Part shown: positions 23,872 to 35,962 of the stretch, piece after piece
Position numbering within the stretch: position 1 is the first letter of the stretch
Layout: each line of letters begins with the position of its first letter
Source of the DNA: Anaeromyxobacter sp.
GTDB lineage: Bacteria; Myxococcota; Myxococcia; Myxococcales; Anaeromyxobacteraceae
Assembly: GCA_049840735.1 (NCBI GenBank)
Contig: JASGJN010000026.1
Span: 384,001-448,000 of the forward strand
DNA length: 64,000 nt
Reading direction: 5' to 3'
Notes under the pieces: generated by a model
Told to the model about the DNA's origin: nothing
The model's input: only the letters and a program-made list of their open reading frames with translations
The model's database searches: none
Position numbers and translations under genes: made by a program

Positions 23872-24401
23872 TCGCGCTCCTCGCCGCCGTGGCCCTGGCC
23901 GCCGGCCAGCCCGCCCCGCGCCCCGCCGCCGCCAAGCCGGCTGCGCCCCGGTCCGCCCTCTCCGCGACCCAGGCCGGTGACTGGGTCGTCCAGGGCAAGT
24001 CGCTCAGCTACATCTTCAAGCAGCGCCAGACGGTGATGACCGGCGAGCCGGTCAAGATGACCCGCACCGACGCCACGCTCACCTGCAAGAAGGTGACGCT
24101 GCAGAACGACGAGAAGGACCAGCTGCAGACCGCCACCTGCCTGGGCGACGTCCGGTTCACCCGCTCCACCAGCGTGGTCACCTGCGAGAAGGCTACCTAC
24201 GACCAGGTGAACTCGCGGCTCACCTGCGAGGGCAGCCCGGTGCTGCGCGACGGCGACCGCGTGGCCGAGGGCTCGCTGCTCACCTACGACCTGGTCCAGG
24301 ACGTGGCCACGCTGAAGGACGCGATCATCCTCGTGCCCGGCAGCTCCTCCGAGGACGCGCGCAAGGCGCTCGACGCGCGGCGGACGGGAGGCAGGAAGTG
24401 A
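23868..24401 (+). CDS. lptA: LptA/OstA-family protein
   Basis: Signal peptide; [34 protein letters not shown]; synteny. Confidence 0.8.
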   Translation: MIALLAAVALAAGQPAPRPAAAKPAAPRSALSATQAGDWVVQGKSLSYIFKQRQTVMTGEPVKMTRTDATLTCKKVTLQNDEKDQLQTATCLGDVRFTRSTSVVTCEKATYDQVNSRLTCEGSPVLRDGDRVAEGSLLTYDLVQDVATLKDAIILVPGSSSEDARKALDARRTGGRK

Positions 24402-25177
24402 CCGCCCACGCCGTCGGCGCCGACGACCTGCTCCGCGCCGAGGGGCTGGTCAAGAGCTACCGCGGGCGCCGGGTGGTGGACGGCGTCTCCTTCCACGTCT
24501 CCCGCGGCGAGGTGGTGGGGCTCCTGGGGCCCAACGGCGCCGGCAAGAGCACCTCCTTCAACATGACGGTGGGGCTGGTGCTGCCGGAGGCCGGGCGGGT
24601 CTCGCTCGGCGCGCACGACCTGACCAAGCTGCCCATGCACCGGCGCGCGCGGCTGGGCGTCGGCTACCTGCCGCAGGAGGCCTCCATCTTCCGCAAGCTG
24701 ACGGTGCGGAAGAACTTCCTGGGCGTGCTGGAGGCGCTGGGCGTCTCGCGGCGCGAGCGGAAGCGGCGCGCCGACGAGCTGCTGGCCGAGTACCGGCTGG
24801 AGAAGGTGGCCCACTCGCTGGGCGAGCAGCTCTCCGGCGGCGAGCGCCGCCGGGCCGAGGTTGCGCGCAGCCTGCTCTCGAACCCCAAGTTCATCCTCTT
24901 CGACGAGCCCTTCGCCGGCGTCGACCCCATCGCGGTGGGCGAGCTGCAGCGGCTGATCGGCGGGCTGCGCGACCGCGGCATCGGCGTGCTGATCACCGAC
25001 CACAACGTGCGCGAGGCGCTGGGCATCTGCAGCCGCGCGTACATCCTGGCCTCGGGCAACATCCTCGAGGCCGGCACGCCGGCCGAGATCGCCGCCAGCC
25101 CCCGCGCCCGCGCGGTCTACCTGGGCGAGCACTTCCGGCTCGACGAGCCGCAGCATGTCCCGACGGAGCAGCGATGA
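24398..25177 (+). CDS. lptB: LPS export ABC transporter ATP-binding protein
   Basis: [62 protein letters not shown]. Confidence 0.96.
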   Translation: MTAHAVGADDLLRAEGLVKSYRGRRVVDGVSFHVSRGEVVGLLGPNGAGKSTSFNMTVGLVLPEAGRVSLGAHDLTKLPMHRRARLGVGYLPQEASIFRKLTVRKNFLGVLEALGVSRRERKRRADELLAEYRLEKVAHSLGEQLSGGERRRAEVARSLLSNPKFILFDEPFAGVDPIAVGELQRLIGGLRDRGIGVLITDHNVREALGICSRAYILASGNILEAGTPAEIAASPRARAVYLGEHFRLDEPQHVPTEQR

Positions 25178-26679
25178 GCCTCGAGCTGAAGCAGCACCTC
25201 AAGATGACGCAGCAGCTGGTGATGACGCCCCAGCTGCAGCAGGCCATCAAGCTCCTGCAGCTCTCGCGGATGGAGCTGGTCGAGCTGATCCGCACCGAGG
25301 TGACCGAGAACCCGCTGCTGGAGGGGGCGGACGAGCCGGACGAGGAGCCGGTCCAGAGCGGCGAGAGCCCGGCCGAGGTCGCGGACCACGACGCCAAGCC
25401 CGAGCACAAGGAGGCGGAGAAGGCCGAGGAGGTGAAGGGCGAGGAGGGCGCCAACGAGATCGACTGGGACCAGTACCTCGACCACTACCAGCTCCAGGGC
25501 CACACCGCGCCGTCCAACCGCGGGCTGGCCGACGAGGAGCTGCCCGGCTACGAGGCCACGCTCACCAAGAAGACCGATCTCGTCGACCACCTGGTCTGGC
25601 AGCTGCGCCTCTCCAACTTCACGCCCGAGGAGGAGCAGGTGGCCATGCTCATCATCGGGAACCTCGACGACGACGGCTACTTCAAGATGCCGCCGGTGGA
25701 GGGCGAGTCGGAGGAGTCCACCACCCGCGACCCGCTGGTCCGCGTGGCGTTCGAGTCCGGGCGCGGCGTCGAGTTCGCCGAGGGCGTGCTGCACAAGGTG
25801 CAGACGCTGGACCCCATGGGCGTGGCCGCGCGCGACCTGCGCGAGTGCCTGCTGCTGCAGGTCAGGCACATCAACGCCGACACGCCCGAGATCGTCGCCA
25901 TCATCGAGCGCCACCTCAAGCACCTCGAGTCCAAGAACTACGGCGCCATCGCCAAGGACCTGAAGCTGCCCATCGAGGAGGTGGTGAAGGCGGTCAAGGT
26001 CATCAGCCGGCTGGAGCCGAAGCCGGGCCGCGCCTTCACCGGGGAGGACCCGCAGTACATCACCCCCGACGTCTACGTCCACAAGATGGGCGACAAGTAC
26101 GTCACGGTGCTGAACGACGACGGCCTCTCCAAGCTGCGCATCAGCGGCATGTACCGGGCCGCGCTGAAGAACGGCGAGGCGGGGAAGGCCAAGGAGTACA
26201 TCCAGGAGAAGCTGCGCAGCGCGGTCTGGCTGATCCGCTCCATCCACCAGCGGCAGCGGACCATCTACAAGGTCACCGAGTCGATCGTGAAGTTCCAGCG
26301 CGACTTCCTGGACAAGGGCATCGCCCACCTCAAGCCGCTGATCCTGCGCGACGTGGCCGAGGACATCGGGATGCACGAGTCCACCGTCTCGCGCGTCACC
26401 ACCAACAAGTACGTCCACACGCCGCAGGGCATCTACGAGCTCAAGTTCTTCTTCAACTCCGCCATCAACAAGACCGGCGGCGACGAGATCGCCAGCGAGG
26501 CGGTGAAGAACCACATCAAGCAGATCGTCGCCGGCGAGGACCCCAAGCACCCGCACTCCGACCAGCGCATCGTCGAGCTGCTCAAGGAGCAGAAGATCGA
26601 GATCGCGCGGCGGACGGTGGCCAAGTACCGCGAGGTGCTGGGCATCCTGCCCAGCTCGAAGCGCAAGAAGTACTTCTAG
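25174..26679 (+). CDS. rpoN: RNA polymerase sigma-54 factor
   Basis: [23 protein letters not shown], RpoN box [10 protein letters not shown]. Confidence 0.98.
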   Translation: MSLELKQHLKMTQQLVMTPQLQQAIKLLQLSRMELVELIRTEVTENPLLEGADEPDEEPVQSGESPAEVADHDAKPEHKEAEKAEEVKGEEGANEIDWDQYLDHYQLQGHTAPSNRGLADEELPGYEATLTKKTDLVDHLVWQLRLSNFTPEEEQVAMLIIGNLDDDGYFKMPPVEGESEESTTRDPLVRVAFESGRGVEFAEGVLHKVQTLDPMGVAARDLRECLLLQVRHINADTPEIVAIIERHLKHLESKNYGAIAKDLKLPIEEVVKAVKVISRLEPKPGRAFTGEDPQYITPDVYVHKMGDKYVTVLNDDGLSKLRISGMYRAALKNGEAGKAKEYIQEKLRSAVWLIRSIHQRQRTIYKVTESIVKFQRDFLDKGIAHLKPLILRDVAEDIGMHESTVSRVTTNKYVHTPQGIYELKFFFNSAINKTGGDEIASEAVKNHIKQIVAGEDPKHPHSDQRIVELLKEQKIEIARRTVAKYREVLGILPSSKRKKYF

Positions 26680-26709
26680 GGCGGCCGGAGGCGTCGGCCC
26701 CTCCCGCGC

Positions 26710-28599
26710 TCAGCGCGGTCCCCGCTCCGCGGCCAGCGGCGCGTCGCGCGCCAGCCGGTGGCGCGCCTGGAGCTCCTGCACCAGCGCGCCGAAGCGGGCG
26801 TCGTCGTGCAGCGCCGTCAGCGCCTGGCCCGCGTCGGCGGGCAGGAGCCAGGGCACGCCCTCGTCCACCGCCTGGCGCAGCGCCGCGAAGGCGCGGTCGC
26901 GCTCGCCCAGGGCGGCGTGCACGGCCGCCACGTCCAGCGGGCTGCTGGCCCGGCCGGGCGGCGGGTGCTCCACCTCGAACAGCAGCTCGCGCGCCGGCCC
27001 GGGCGCGCCGGTCTGGGCGCGCAGCCCGGCCAGGGTGGCGACGTAGGCGGGGCCGCGATCGGAGAGCCGGACCGCCTCGGCCAGCGCCGCCAGCGCCTCC
27101 GCACCGTGGCCGGCCGCCAGGTGCGCCCGCCCCAGCACGTCGTAGGCGGCCGGCAGGTGCGGGGCCAGCCGGAGCGTGGCCAGCGCCTGCTCGATGGCCG
27201 CCTCCGCCTGCCCGGCGTGGTGATAGGCCGCCGCCAGCGCCACGTTGGCGGCCGGGGCCATGGGATCGAGGTCGCGCGCCATCCGCGCCTCCGCCACCGC
27301 CTCGGCGTGCCGGTCCTGCAAGGTCAGGATCGCGGCCAGCCGCCGGTGGCCCACCTCCAGCGACGGCTCGATGGCGATGGCCCGGCGCAGGCTGGCCTCG
27401 GCCTGCGCGAAGTCCCAGCGCGCCGCCGCCACGGCGCCGAGCGCCGCGTGAGCCTCGGCCAGGCCGGGATCGAGCGCGCCGGCGCGCCGGGCGGAGGCCT
27501 CCGCCAGCTCCACCGACTGGCCCGCCGGCAGGACCCGCGCCTCGGCCGCCAGGAGGTAGGCCTCGGCCAGCCCGGCGCGGGCGCGGGCGTCCTCCGGATC
27601 GAGCCGCACCGCCTCGCCCAGGTGCTCCAGGCACTCGCCCAGCACCTGCGGCGTGGCGCGGCGGCAGTAGGCCCGCCCCACCTCCTCCTCGCGCTGGGCT
27701 GCGGCGTGGGCGCCCAGCGGGGGGCGGGGCTCCGGGGCGGACAGCGCCGCCACCTGCTCGCTCACCGTCCGCGCCACGCGCTCCTCCAGCTCGGGCAGCG
27801 CCACCGGGTCGGCCTCCAGCACGTCGGCCCAGCGCAGCCGCTCGCCCGAGGCGTCGATCAGCTCGGCCACGACCCGCACGCGGTCATCGACGCTGAGGAG
27901 CGAGAGCTCGACGAACGCCGCCGCGGCCGGCCGGCCCGCCGCCGCGGGCACGTGGTCGGGGGCGGCCGTGACCTCGATCCCGGGCAGGGTGGCCAGGTGC
28001 CGGGAGAGCGTCTGGGCCAGCTTGGTGCAGAGCGCGCCGTACCTGGGCTGGCCGGTGAAGTTCGACACCGGCAGCACCGCCACCCGCTGCGGGGCCGGCG
28101 CGTGGCGCGCCACGGCGTAGGCGGCGATCCCCAGCGCGGCGGCGAGGCCCAGCGCCGCGGCCGCCCGGCGCAGCGGTCGTGGCGACCGGGCCGGGGGTCC
28201 TGGCTCGGGCGGCGCCGGGGCGGGCGGCGGCGGCGGCGCGGGAGGGGTCGGGACTGGGGTGGGCGCCGGGCGCGCGGCGCGGGCCACCGGCGCCAGGAAG
28301 CGGTAGCCGCAGCGCGGGACGGTCTCGATGTAGGTCGGCGCGCGCGCGTCGTCCCCCAGCGCCCGGCGCAGCGCCGCCACGTGCTGGGAGAGGTTGCACT
28401 CCTCCACCCGGACCGAGCCCCAGACGCGCTCGAAGAGCCGCTCCTTGCGGAGCAGCCCGCCGGCCTGCTCCAGCAGGACCAGCAGGACGTCCACGTCCTT
28501 CGGCTTGAGATCGACCGCCGCCGCGCCCCGCCGGAGCACGCGCTCCGCGGGATCGATCACGAAGGGCCCGAACGAGAACAGGAGCTCCTGCTCTTCCAA
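26710..28599 (-). CDS. Membrane-anchored regulator: OmpR/PhoB-type winged helix + TM + TolB-like + TPR repeats (CadC/ToxR-like)
   Basis: FSFGPFVID...LSQHVAALRRALGDDARAPTYIETVPRCGYRF, Pro linker, TM helix, RVAVLPVSN, TPRs; TTG at 28599 preceded by GGGGAGG. Confidence 0.85.
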   Translation of the reverse strand: MEEQELLFSFGPFVIDPAERVLRRGAAAVDLKPKDVDVLLVLLEQAGGLLRKERLFERVWGSVRVEECNLSQHVAALRRALGDDARAPTYIETVPRCGYRFLAPVARAARPAPTPVPTPPAPPPPPAPAPPEPGPPARSPRPLRRAAAALGLAAALGIAAYAVARHAPAPQRVAVLPVSNFTGQPRYGALCTKLAQTLSRHLATLPGIEVTAAPDHVPAAAGRPAAAAFVELSLLSVDDRVRVVAELIDASGERLRWADVLEADPVALPELEERVARTVSEQVAALSAPEPRPPLGAHAAAQREEEVGRAYCRRATPQVLGECLEHLGEAVRLDPEDARARAGLAEAYLLAAEARVLPAGQSVELAEASARRAGALDPGLAEAHAALGAVAAARWDFAQAEASLRRAIAIEPSLEVGHRRLAAILTLQDRHAEAVAEARMARDLDPMAPAANVALAAAYHHAGQAEAAIEQALATLRLAPHLPAAYDVLGRAHLAAGHGAEALAALAEAVRLSDRGPAYVATLAGLRAQTGAPGPARELLFEVEHPPPGRASSPLDVAAVHAALGERDRAFAALRQAVDEGVPWLLPADAGQALTALHDDARFGALVQELQARHRLARDAPLAAERGPR

Positions 28600-28773
28600 G
28601 CGCGCCTCCCCAGCTGCTGCTTCGAGTGGACACAGGTGCACCACCGCTCCCGCCCCGCGCGAGTCCCACGTCCCCGGTGCCCGTCCAGGGTTCACGCTTC
28701 GTGAGGTGACTCCCGGGGCCACCGCCGACGGAGGTCGTCGCGCGCGAGGCCAGGGCCCGCGCGAGCAGCGACT

Positions 28774-28806
28774 CGTGAATTCACGCTGATTTCAGCGGGG
28801 CTTCAC
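28774..28806. promoter_or_regulatory. Three TTCA(C/G) direct repeats at 11-bp spacing plus overlapping palindromes
   Basis: TTCAC 28780, TTCAG 28791, TTCAC 28802; CGTGAATTCACG (28774-28785) and CGCTGA-TT-TCAGCG (28784-28797). Confidence 0.5.
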
Positions 28807-28901
28807 GGCGGGGGCGGGCGGGGCTGCCCATGCTCGCCTCCGACTCGAGGCCCGTCGGGGACGCCTGGAGGCGTTCACCGGACGGAAAGGCGGACCCAGC
28901 C

Positions 28902-31900
28902 ATGGACAGGCGAACGATCGTTGGCACCCATCGGGCTCTTCACTCCCAGCGATGGCTCACCGCGTGGCTGCTGGCGGTGGTGGCCGGGATCCCGGCGCTG
29001 GCCGGGGCCGCCCCGGTCTCGCTCGACGTGTCCAGCGCGCGCAGCGAGCCGCGCTGGGGCGACGGCGTCGGCATCCTGGAGGGGACGCCCATCGGCGCCT
29101 ACCGCTACCTGATCAACGTGGACGACACCGCCGACGGCTCCCAGCCGGCGGTGGACGGCTGCACGCCGGAGACGCCCGGCTACCCGGCCACCTGCCGCTG
29201 GCCCTCGGTGGCGGCCATCTCCTCCTCCAGCCCCATCTACACGCAGGGTGACCAGTCCGACTTCGCCAGCTTCCTGGACCTGCCGCCAGGCCGGTACCTG
29301 ATCTCGGTCCTGGCCGACGGCTTCAAGCTGGACGGCGCGCACTTCACGGTGCCGGACGCCGGCGCCGTGGTGGTGGAGGTGCGCCTGCAGCCGCACCCGC
29401 TGCCCACCGCCACGCTGCAGGCGCTGGTGTTCGAGGACACCGCCCCCGTCAACGGCGCGCCGGACGTCCCCGCGGAGCGCGGCCTGGCCGGCTTCCAGGG
29501 GCACATCGCCGACTACATCGACTTCGTCCTCACCGACATCTTCGGCAACCCGCTCTGCACCGAGTACGACCCGGCCACCGGCGAGCCCATCCCGGGCAGC
29601 GGCGGCGTCTGCCTCTCGCGCTGCTACGACGCCGACGGCCTCGACGTCACCGCCCAGGCCGACGCCGAGGGGCGCTGCCCGGTGGGCGCGCAGGGCATCC
29701 TCAGGATCCCCAACCTCGGCCCGAACCGCTACGCGCTCTCGGTGGTGCCGCCCGACGGCACCCCCTGGGTCCAGACCACCACCCTGGAGGGCAACCTGGA
29801 CTGGGACAGCTGGGTGATGGAGGGCAACACCGGCTACGACACCGAGTTCGTGCAGGCCGCCGAGCCGGTGCCCACGCCCATCTTCGGCTACGTGCGCCCC
29901 CTGAACACGCTGGCCGGCGGCGCCGGGCACGTGACGGGCGTGGTCGAGTCGGTCAAGAACTGGATCCCGCCGCGCGGCGGCGCGGCGCTGCCCGGGACGA
30001 TCTGGGGCGGCCTGGCCAGCTCCAAGCTCGATCGCCCATCGACCGGCCCTGGGTCGCGCTCTCCGACCTGAACGCCGGGGACGCGGCGGTGTACGTGGGG
30101 CAGGGCGGCGCCGACGGGCGGTTCGACATCGGCGGCGTGCCGGACGGCACCTACACGCTGACGTACTGGGACTCGGACCTCGACCACATCCTCGACCTGT
30201 TCAACGTGACCGTGGACGGCGGCGAGGTGGTGGACCTGGGCATCGTCCCGCTCTCCGGCTGGTGGACGCGCATCGAGGGCGACGTCTTCAACGACCTGAA
30301 CCGCAACGGCAAGCGCGACGCGGGGGAGCCGGGCATCGCCGGGTTCCCGGTGGTGGTGAAGAAGCGCGAGAACGCCGTGATGGACCGCGGCGCCACGCTG
30401 GTCACCACCGACGCGGCCGGCCACTACGTCCTCTCGAACGCCTACCCGCTCACGCAGTGGGTGGTGATCGAGGCCTACTCCGACCTGTTCTACACCACCG
30501 GCGTCACCTGGCAGGCCGACAACCAGCTGGAGGAGACCACGGTGCTGGGCGCCGGCGTGGACGTCGGCATGCTGCCCATCATCGGCCTGGGCGGGCGGCT
30601 GGACTGGGCGGTCCACGCCTACGATCCCACCGGGGCGACCGGCGGCCTCGATCCGCGCAACGGCGGCATCGTCGGGACCGTCTCCTACGACACCACCCGC
30701 AACGAGCTGGACCCCGCCTACGCGGCGGTGGAGGACTGGCAGCCGGGCATCCCCGGCCTGACGGTGAACCTGTGGGCCACCGTCCCCTGCGCGGCCGGGG
30801 CCATCTGCGACTCGACCCGGCGCTACCAGCTGGAGTCGGACGGCTCCTACCGCAAGGGGCAGCTGCTCAACCAGTACCAGACCGAGCGCTGGGCGCGCCC
30901 CCGCGGCTGCCAGCCGCGCGACGGCGACGGGGCGCCGCTGGCCTACCCGGCGGACCAGCAGTTCATGCCCGCGGCCAGCCCGGACGTGGAGTGCATCGAG
31001 GCGCCCGCCATGGGCGTCCAGTTCGAGCAGGGCTTCTCGGCGGTGGACGGCAACTACGGCTTCACCGACGGCTGCTTCGGCGCCGGCGGCTTCGACCCGG
31101 TGGCCGGTGCGTGCGCCGACGGCGCCGATCCCGTCGAGCTCTCGCCGCGCGACTACCTGGTGGAGGTGCTGGTGCCGGAGGACGCGCGCGGCCTGCCGCT
31201 CTACCAGGTCACGCGCGAGGAGGACATCAACATCGCCCGCGGCGACCAGTGGGTCCCGCAGGTGCCCCCGCCGCCGTGCGCCGGGCCGCTCCACACCGTG
31301 GACCTGGCCGGCGACGGCGTGGACGGCTACCCCGCCGTCGCGCTGGCCAGCGGCGTCCAGGTGCCGGCCTCGACCCCCACCGGGAACCCGACCTTCCTCG
31401 ACATCGGCGGGTCGCCCTACGAGGGCCAGGCCCGGCCGCTGTGCAACATGAAGCTGGTGCGGGTGAGCAACGGCCGCTCCATCGCGCCGACCTTCAACTA
31501 CTTCACCGACGTCCCGGTGGCGGGCCGCCTCTTCACGTACATCGTGGACGACCTGACCTTCTCTGCCAACCCGGCCTCCACGCTCTACGGCGAGAAGGCC
31601 GGCGTGCCCCACGTGCCGGTGGGCATCTACGACTACACCAACCGGCTGGTCACCACCGCCGAGTCCGACGTCAACGGCATGTTCGACGTGCTGCTGCCGT
31701 CGTCCGATCGCATCAGCTGCCCGACGCCCTCCGGCGTCTGCGCGAACCTGTACCGGCTGGTGGGGAACGACCCGGGGATCCCGGGGCGGCTCAACCCCGC
31801 CTACAACCCGCGCTTCCGCACCATCGCGGCGGAGTTCGAGGTCTTCCCCGGCCTGACCGTCCCGGCCGACCTGGCGCCGACGCAGGTGGGCGTCACGGTG

Positions 31901-34616
31901 CAGCTGCCCGGCGGGCAGACCGAGGCGGTCAGCTGCGCCCTCTCCGCCAGCACGCCCCAGCTCTTCCAGATCTCGGCGCCCTACGTGCGCGACAGCGGCG
32001 CCGCCACCAGCACCCTCGTCCTCCGCGGCCTGGGCTTCGGCGCCACGCAGGGCACCGGCGCGGTGACGCTGGACGGGGCGCAGGCGCTGACGGTCACCGC
32101 CTGGACCGACACGCAGATCACCGTCCGCATCCCCCCCGGCGCCGTCGCGCCCGGCCCCCACCAGCTGGCGGTCTCGGCGGCCAACGGGCTGCGCACGGTC
32201 AACGGCCTCACGCTGCACGTGCTGCGCAGCCCCTACCTGCCCACCGTCCGCGAGGTGGGCCCGGGCCGGACCTACGCCACCATCCAGGCCGCGCTGGACG
32301 CGGCGGCGGCCGGGAACGGCCCGCAGCTGGTGGTGGTCTACCCCGGGAACCCGGACCCGGCCAACCCGCGCCTCAACCCGCGCGGCGCCTACTTCGAGAA
32401 CCTGATCATCTCGCGCCCGGTGAAGCTCCAGGGCGTGGGCCCCGGCGGCTTCCAGGGCACCACCTACGTGCCCGGCTCGATCGTGGACGGCGGCGCCTTC
32501 GGCGGCGACGGCGCGCTGGCCGACGCCTGGCGCGCCCGCGTGGACGCGCTCACCTGGAGCGGCAACCAGACCGTGTTCGAGGGGGCCACCATCACCGTCC
32601 TGGCCACCGCCGGGCAGTTCGGCCAGGCCTACCCGGCCACCATCGACGGCCTGGACGTCCGCGGCGGCGATCAAGATGGGCTTCCCCGGCAACATCAACC
32701 AGATTGGCGGGACCCCCACCGGCCTCCCCGCCAACGCCATCACGCAGGGCGGCGGCATCTTCGTCAACGGCTACGCCCCCTACCTGCGCATCACCAACGA
32801 CGTGCTGGAGGCCAACGGCGGCGCCTACGGCGGCGCCATCCGGCTGGGCACGCCCAACCTGCCGGCGCCCCTCACCTCCAACCGGAACGAGCTCGTGAGG
32901 ATCCTCAACAACCGGATTGTCGCGAACGGCGGCACCAACCTGGCCGGCGGCGTGGGCATCTTCGCCGGCGCGGACGGGTTCGAGCTGGCGCACAACGACA
33001 TCTGCGGCAACTCCTCGGCCGAGTACGGCGGCGGCCTGACCGTCTACGGCTACAGCCCCGGCGGCCGCATCCACCACAACCGGATTTGGTTCAACAGCTC
33101 CTACGACGAGGGCGGCGGCGTGATGCTGGCCGGCGAGCTCCCGGCCGACCCGGGCACGCTCTCCCCCGGCACCGGCGCGCTGGAGGTGTCGGCCAACCTC
33201 ATCCAGTCCAACCTGGCCAACGACGACGGCGGCGGCCTGCGCCTGCTCATGGTGGGCAACTACCCGGTGGACGTCTTCAACAACGTGATCGTCAACAACG
33301 TCTCCACCCACGAGGGCGGCGGCGTGGCGCTCGACGACGCGCCGGCGGTCCGGTTCTTCAACAACACGGTGATGAAGAACCTCACCACCGCCACCGCCGT
33401 CACCAGCAACGGCTCCCCCGCGCCGGCGGGCCTCTCCACCGCGGCCAACAGCGACGCGCTCCAGGCGGTGCTGCCGCCCGGCGCGCCCACCTTCTCGAGC
33501 CCGCTGCTGTTCAACAACGTGTTCTGGGACAACCGGGCCGGCGCCCGCTCCGGGGCCACCGTGCTGGGCATCGGCCTGCCCGGCGACGCCAGCCCCGTCC
33601 ACCCCTGGGACCTGGGCGCCGGCGACGGCAGCGGCCTGCTCACGCCCACCGCCTCGGTGCTGCAGACCGCCGAGGGCACGGTGCCGGACGCCAGCAACAC
33701 GCTCGCCGATCCGCTGGTGATGCAGCCCTACGACACCTCGGTCGCGCTGGCGCCCTGGCGCACCAACCCCAACTTCATCGGCGCGGTGATGGTGGTCACG
33801 CCGCTGCCGCCCAACCTGATGGGCGACTACCACCTGACCCAGGCCTCGCCGGCGGTGAACACCGGCGTGCCCTCCCGGGCGGGCATCGCCGCCCCCGCGC
33901 TCGACTTCGACCTCCAGCTCCGGCCGGCGGGCGGCGCCTTCGACCGCGGCGCCGACGAGCAAGGCGCGGTGGCGCCGGGCGGCGGTGGCGGCGGCGGCGG
34001 CCCGGGCGCCGCCTTCCCCTCCACGCCCATCCTCGACGCGTTCACCCGCGCCAACACCAGCTCCGGCCTGGGCGCGAGCTGGACCGGCAACGGCGGCGCC
34101 TTCCAGATCTTCTCCAACCAGGTCCGGACCACCTTCGGCGTGGGCGGGGCGCTGCGCTGGAGCCCGGCCGTCTTCGGGCCCAGCCAGGAGGCGTACTTCA
34201 CCTTCACGCGCGTCTCGGTCGTCGGCTACGAGCAGGCGCTCCTGCTCAAGCTGAACGGGACCTCGCCGACCTCCACCAACGCCTCCGGCATCGAGGTCCG
34301 CTACAACGCGCTCACCGCCACCGCCAGCGTCCTGACGCGGGTGCCGGGCGCGGGCTGGGTCCAGCGCGCGAGCTTCCCGGTCACCTTCGCCGCCGGCCAG
34401 CAGCTGGGCGCGCGCGCCCTGCCGGACGGGACGGTCACCGTCTTCCGCAACGGCTCGGCCGTGGGCACCACCAACGTCACCGCCGGCGTCAACCCCTGGC
34501 CGGCGGTGTACGCGAGCGGCGGCGGCCGGATCGGGTTCGCGTTCGGCGGCGCCTTCTTCCCCCTGCTCGGCACCGACGCCCGCATCGACACCTTCGGCGG
34601 CGGGACCATGCCGTGA
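28902..34616 (+). CDS. Giant secreted protein (~1900 aa): SdrD-B/carboxypeptidase-regulatory-like and IPT/TIG domains, right-handed beta-helix, C-terminal lectin-like domain (frameshifts ~30037, ~32673)
   Basis: Joins ORFs 28830-30071, 30089- and 32676-34616. Signal peptide; IEGDVFNDLNRNGKRDAGEPGI; LRGLGFGATQG..WTDTQI; YATIQAALDAA; GGG/N-ladder repeats; DYHLTQASPAVNTG..FDRGADE. Confidence 0.8.
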
Positions 34617-34636
34617 CCCGCGCCAGGAGACCCGTC

Positions 34637-35951
34637 ATGACCCAGCCCACCGATCCCAAGCGCATCACCCGCCGCCACCTGCTCCGGGGCGCCGGAGGGG
34701 GGCTCGCGCTCCTCGCCGGCGGCGGTCTCCTGCCGCGGCCGCTCTCGCGCCTGCTCCTGCCGTCCAGCGTCGGGGTGGCCGGCGCGGCGGACGACCCGCC
34801 GCACGACCTGTTCTTCGCCGGCACCGACGGCTGGATTTGGCTGCCCGAGGCGCCGGCCCTCCGGCCCTTCCACCCGGACGTGCTCGCGCCGCCGCCGTTC
34901 ACCACCTACGTGTTCGGCTTCCGCAACGTCACCGGCCTCACCGCCACCGAGCGGGCCGCGCAGAAGTTCAAGGCGCAGCACTCGGCCCCGCTCTGGTGGG
35001 TGGACCAGTACGACGGCGCGCGCGAGTTCCGGGTGGCGCTCGACCAACCTGGGGCTGGGCATGCGGCCCGACCTCACCGACGCCCACACGCTGCACTGGC
35101 ACGGCTTCCGGAACGTGCTGCCGTTCTTCGACGGGGAGCCCACCGGCTCCTTCGGCGTGCCGGCGGGGCGGATCTTCGTCTACGCGTTCCGGCCGCGCGA
35201 TCCCGGCACGTACATGTACCACTGCCACGTGGAGGACACCGAGCACGTCCACATGGGCATGACCGGGATCGTCTTCGTGCGCCCGGCCATAGGCCCCGGG
35301 TTCGCCTACAACGACCCCGCCACCGCCTTCGACCGGGAGTACGCCATGTTCCTGTCGGAGGTCTGGGCCGAGGCGCACTGGTGCGACGCCCACATCCAGC
35401 TGCCGGACTGGACCGACTACCGGCCCGACTTCTCGCTGCTCAACGGCCGCGTCTGGCCGGACACGCTGCTCCCCAGCGGCTCCATCGACCCGTTCCACCC
35501 GGTGCGCGCGGCCGGCGGTGATCTGCTCCCGCCCGGCGGCGAGGAGCGGCTGCGCTACCAGCCGTACTCGTCGCTGGTCACCTGCAACGCCGGCGAGCGC
35601 GTGCTGCTCCGCTTCGCCAACCTGGGGTTCCGCGAGGCGGCCATGCGCTGCGCCCTGCGCCTGCGCGTGGTGGGCAAGGACGCCACGCCCATGCGCGGGC
35701 GCGACGGCACCGACACCAGCTACGAGGCCCAGACGCTCTCCTTCGGCGCCGGGGAGTCGATCGACGCGATCTTCACCGCCCCGCCCCACGGCGGCGGCGC
35801 CGGCCCGGACGTCTACGTGCTGGAGGACCGCGACCTGAGGCGCTCGGGGAACCTGGCGCAGGGCGGCTTCGGCGGGCGCCGCACCGAGATCCGCGTCCAC
35901 CCGCCGGGCACGCTGCCGCCGCAGCGCTACCCGCACGACGCCTGGCTGTGA
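34637..35951 (+). CDS. Tat-exported two-domain multicopper oxidase-like protein A (T1 site and domain-1 His ligands; frameshift ~35041)
   Basis: KRITRRHLL twin-arginine signal; HTLHWHG; YMYHCHVEDTEHVHMGM; domain 2 lacks His pairs. Confidence 0.85.
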
Positions 35952-35962
35952 GGAGACCGACC

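Noticed and set aside
28600..28901. Sigma-54 promoter for the island operon, given the adjacent rpoN
   Set aside because: No convincing TGGCAC-N5-TTGC -24/-12 element found by eye.
34637..35951. Calling MCO paralogue A a copper nitrite reductase (nirK)
   Set aside because: It has HWH and HCH trinuclear-type motifs rather than NirK-type ligands, and lacks the domain-2 His needed for the NirK T2 site.
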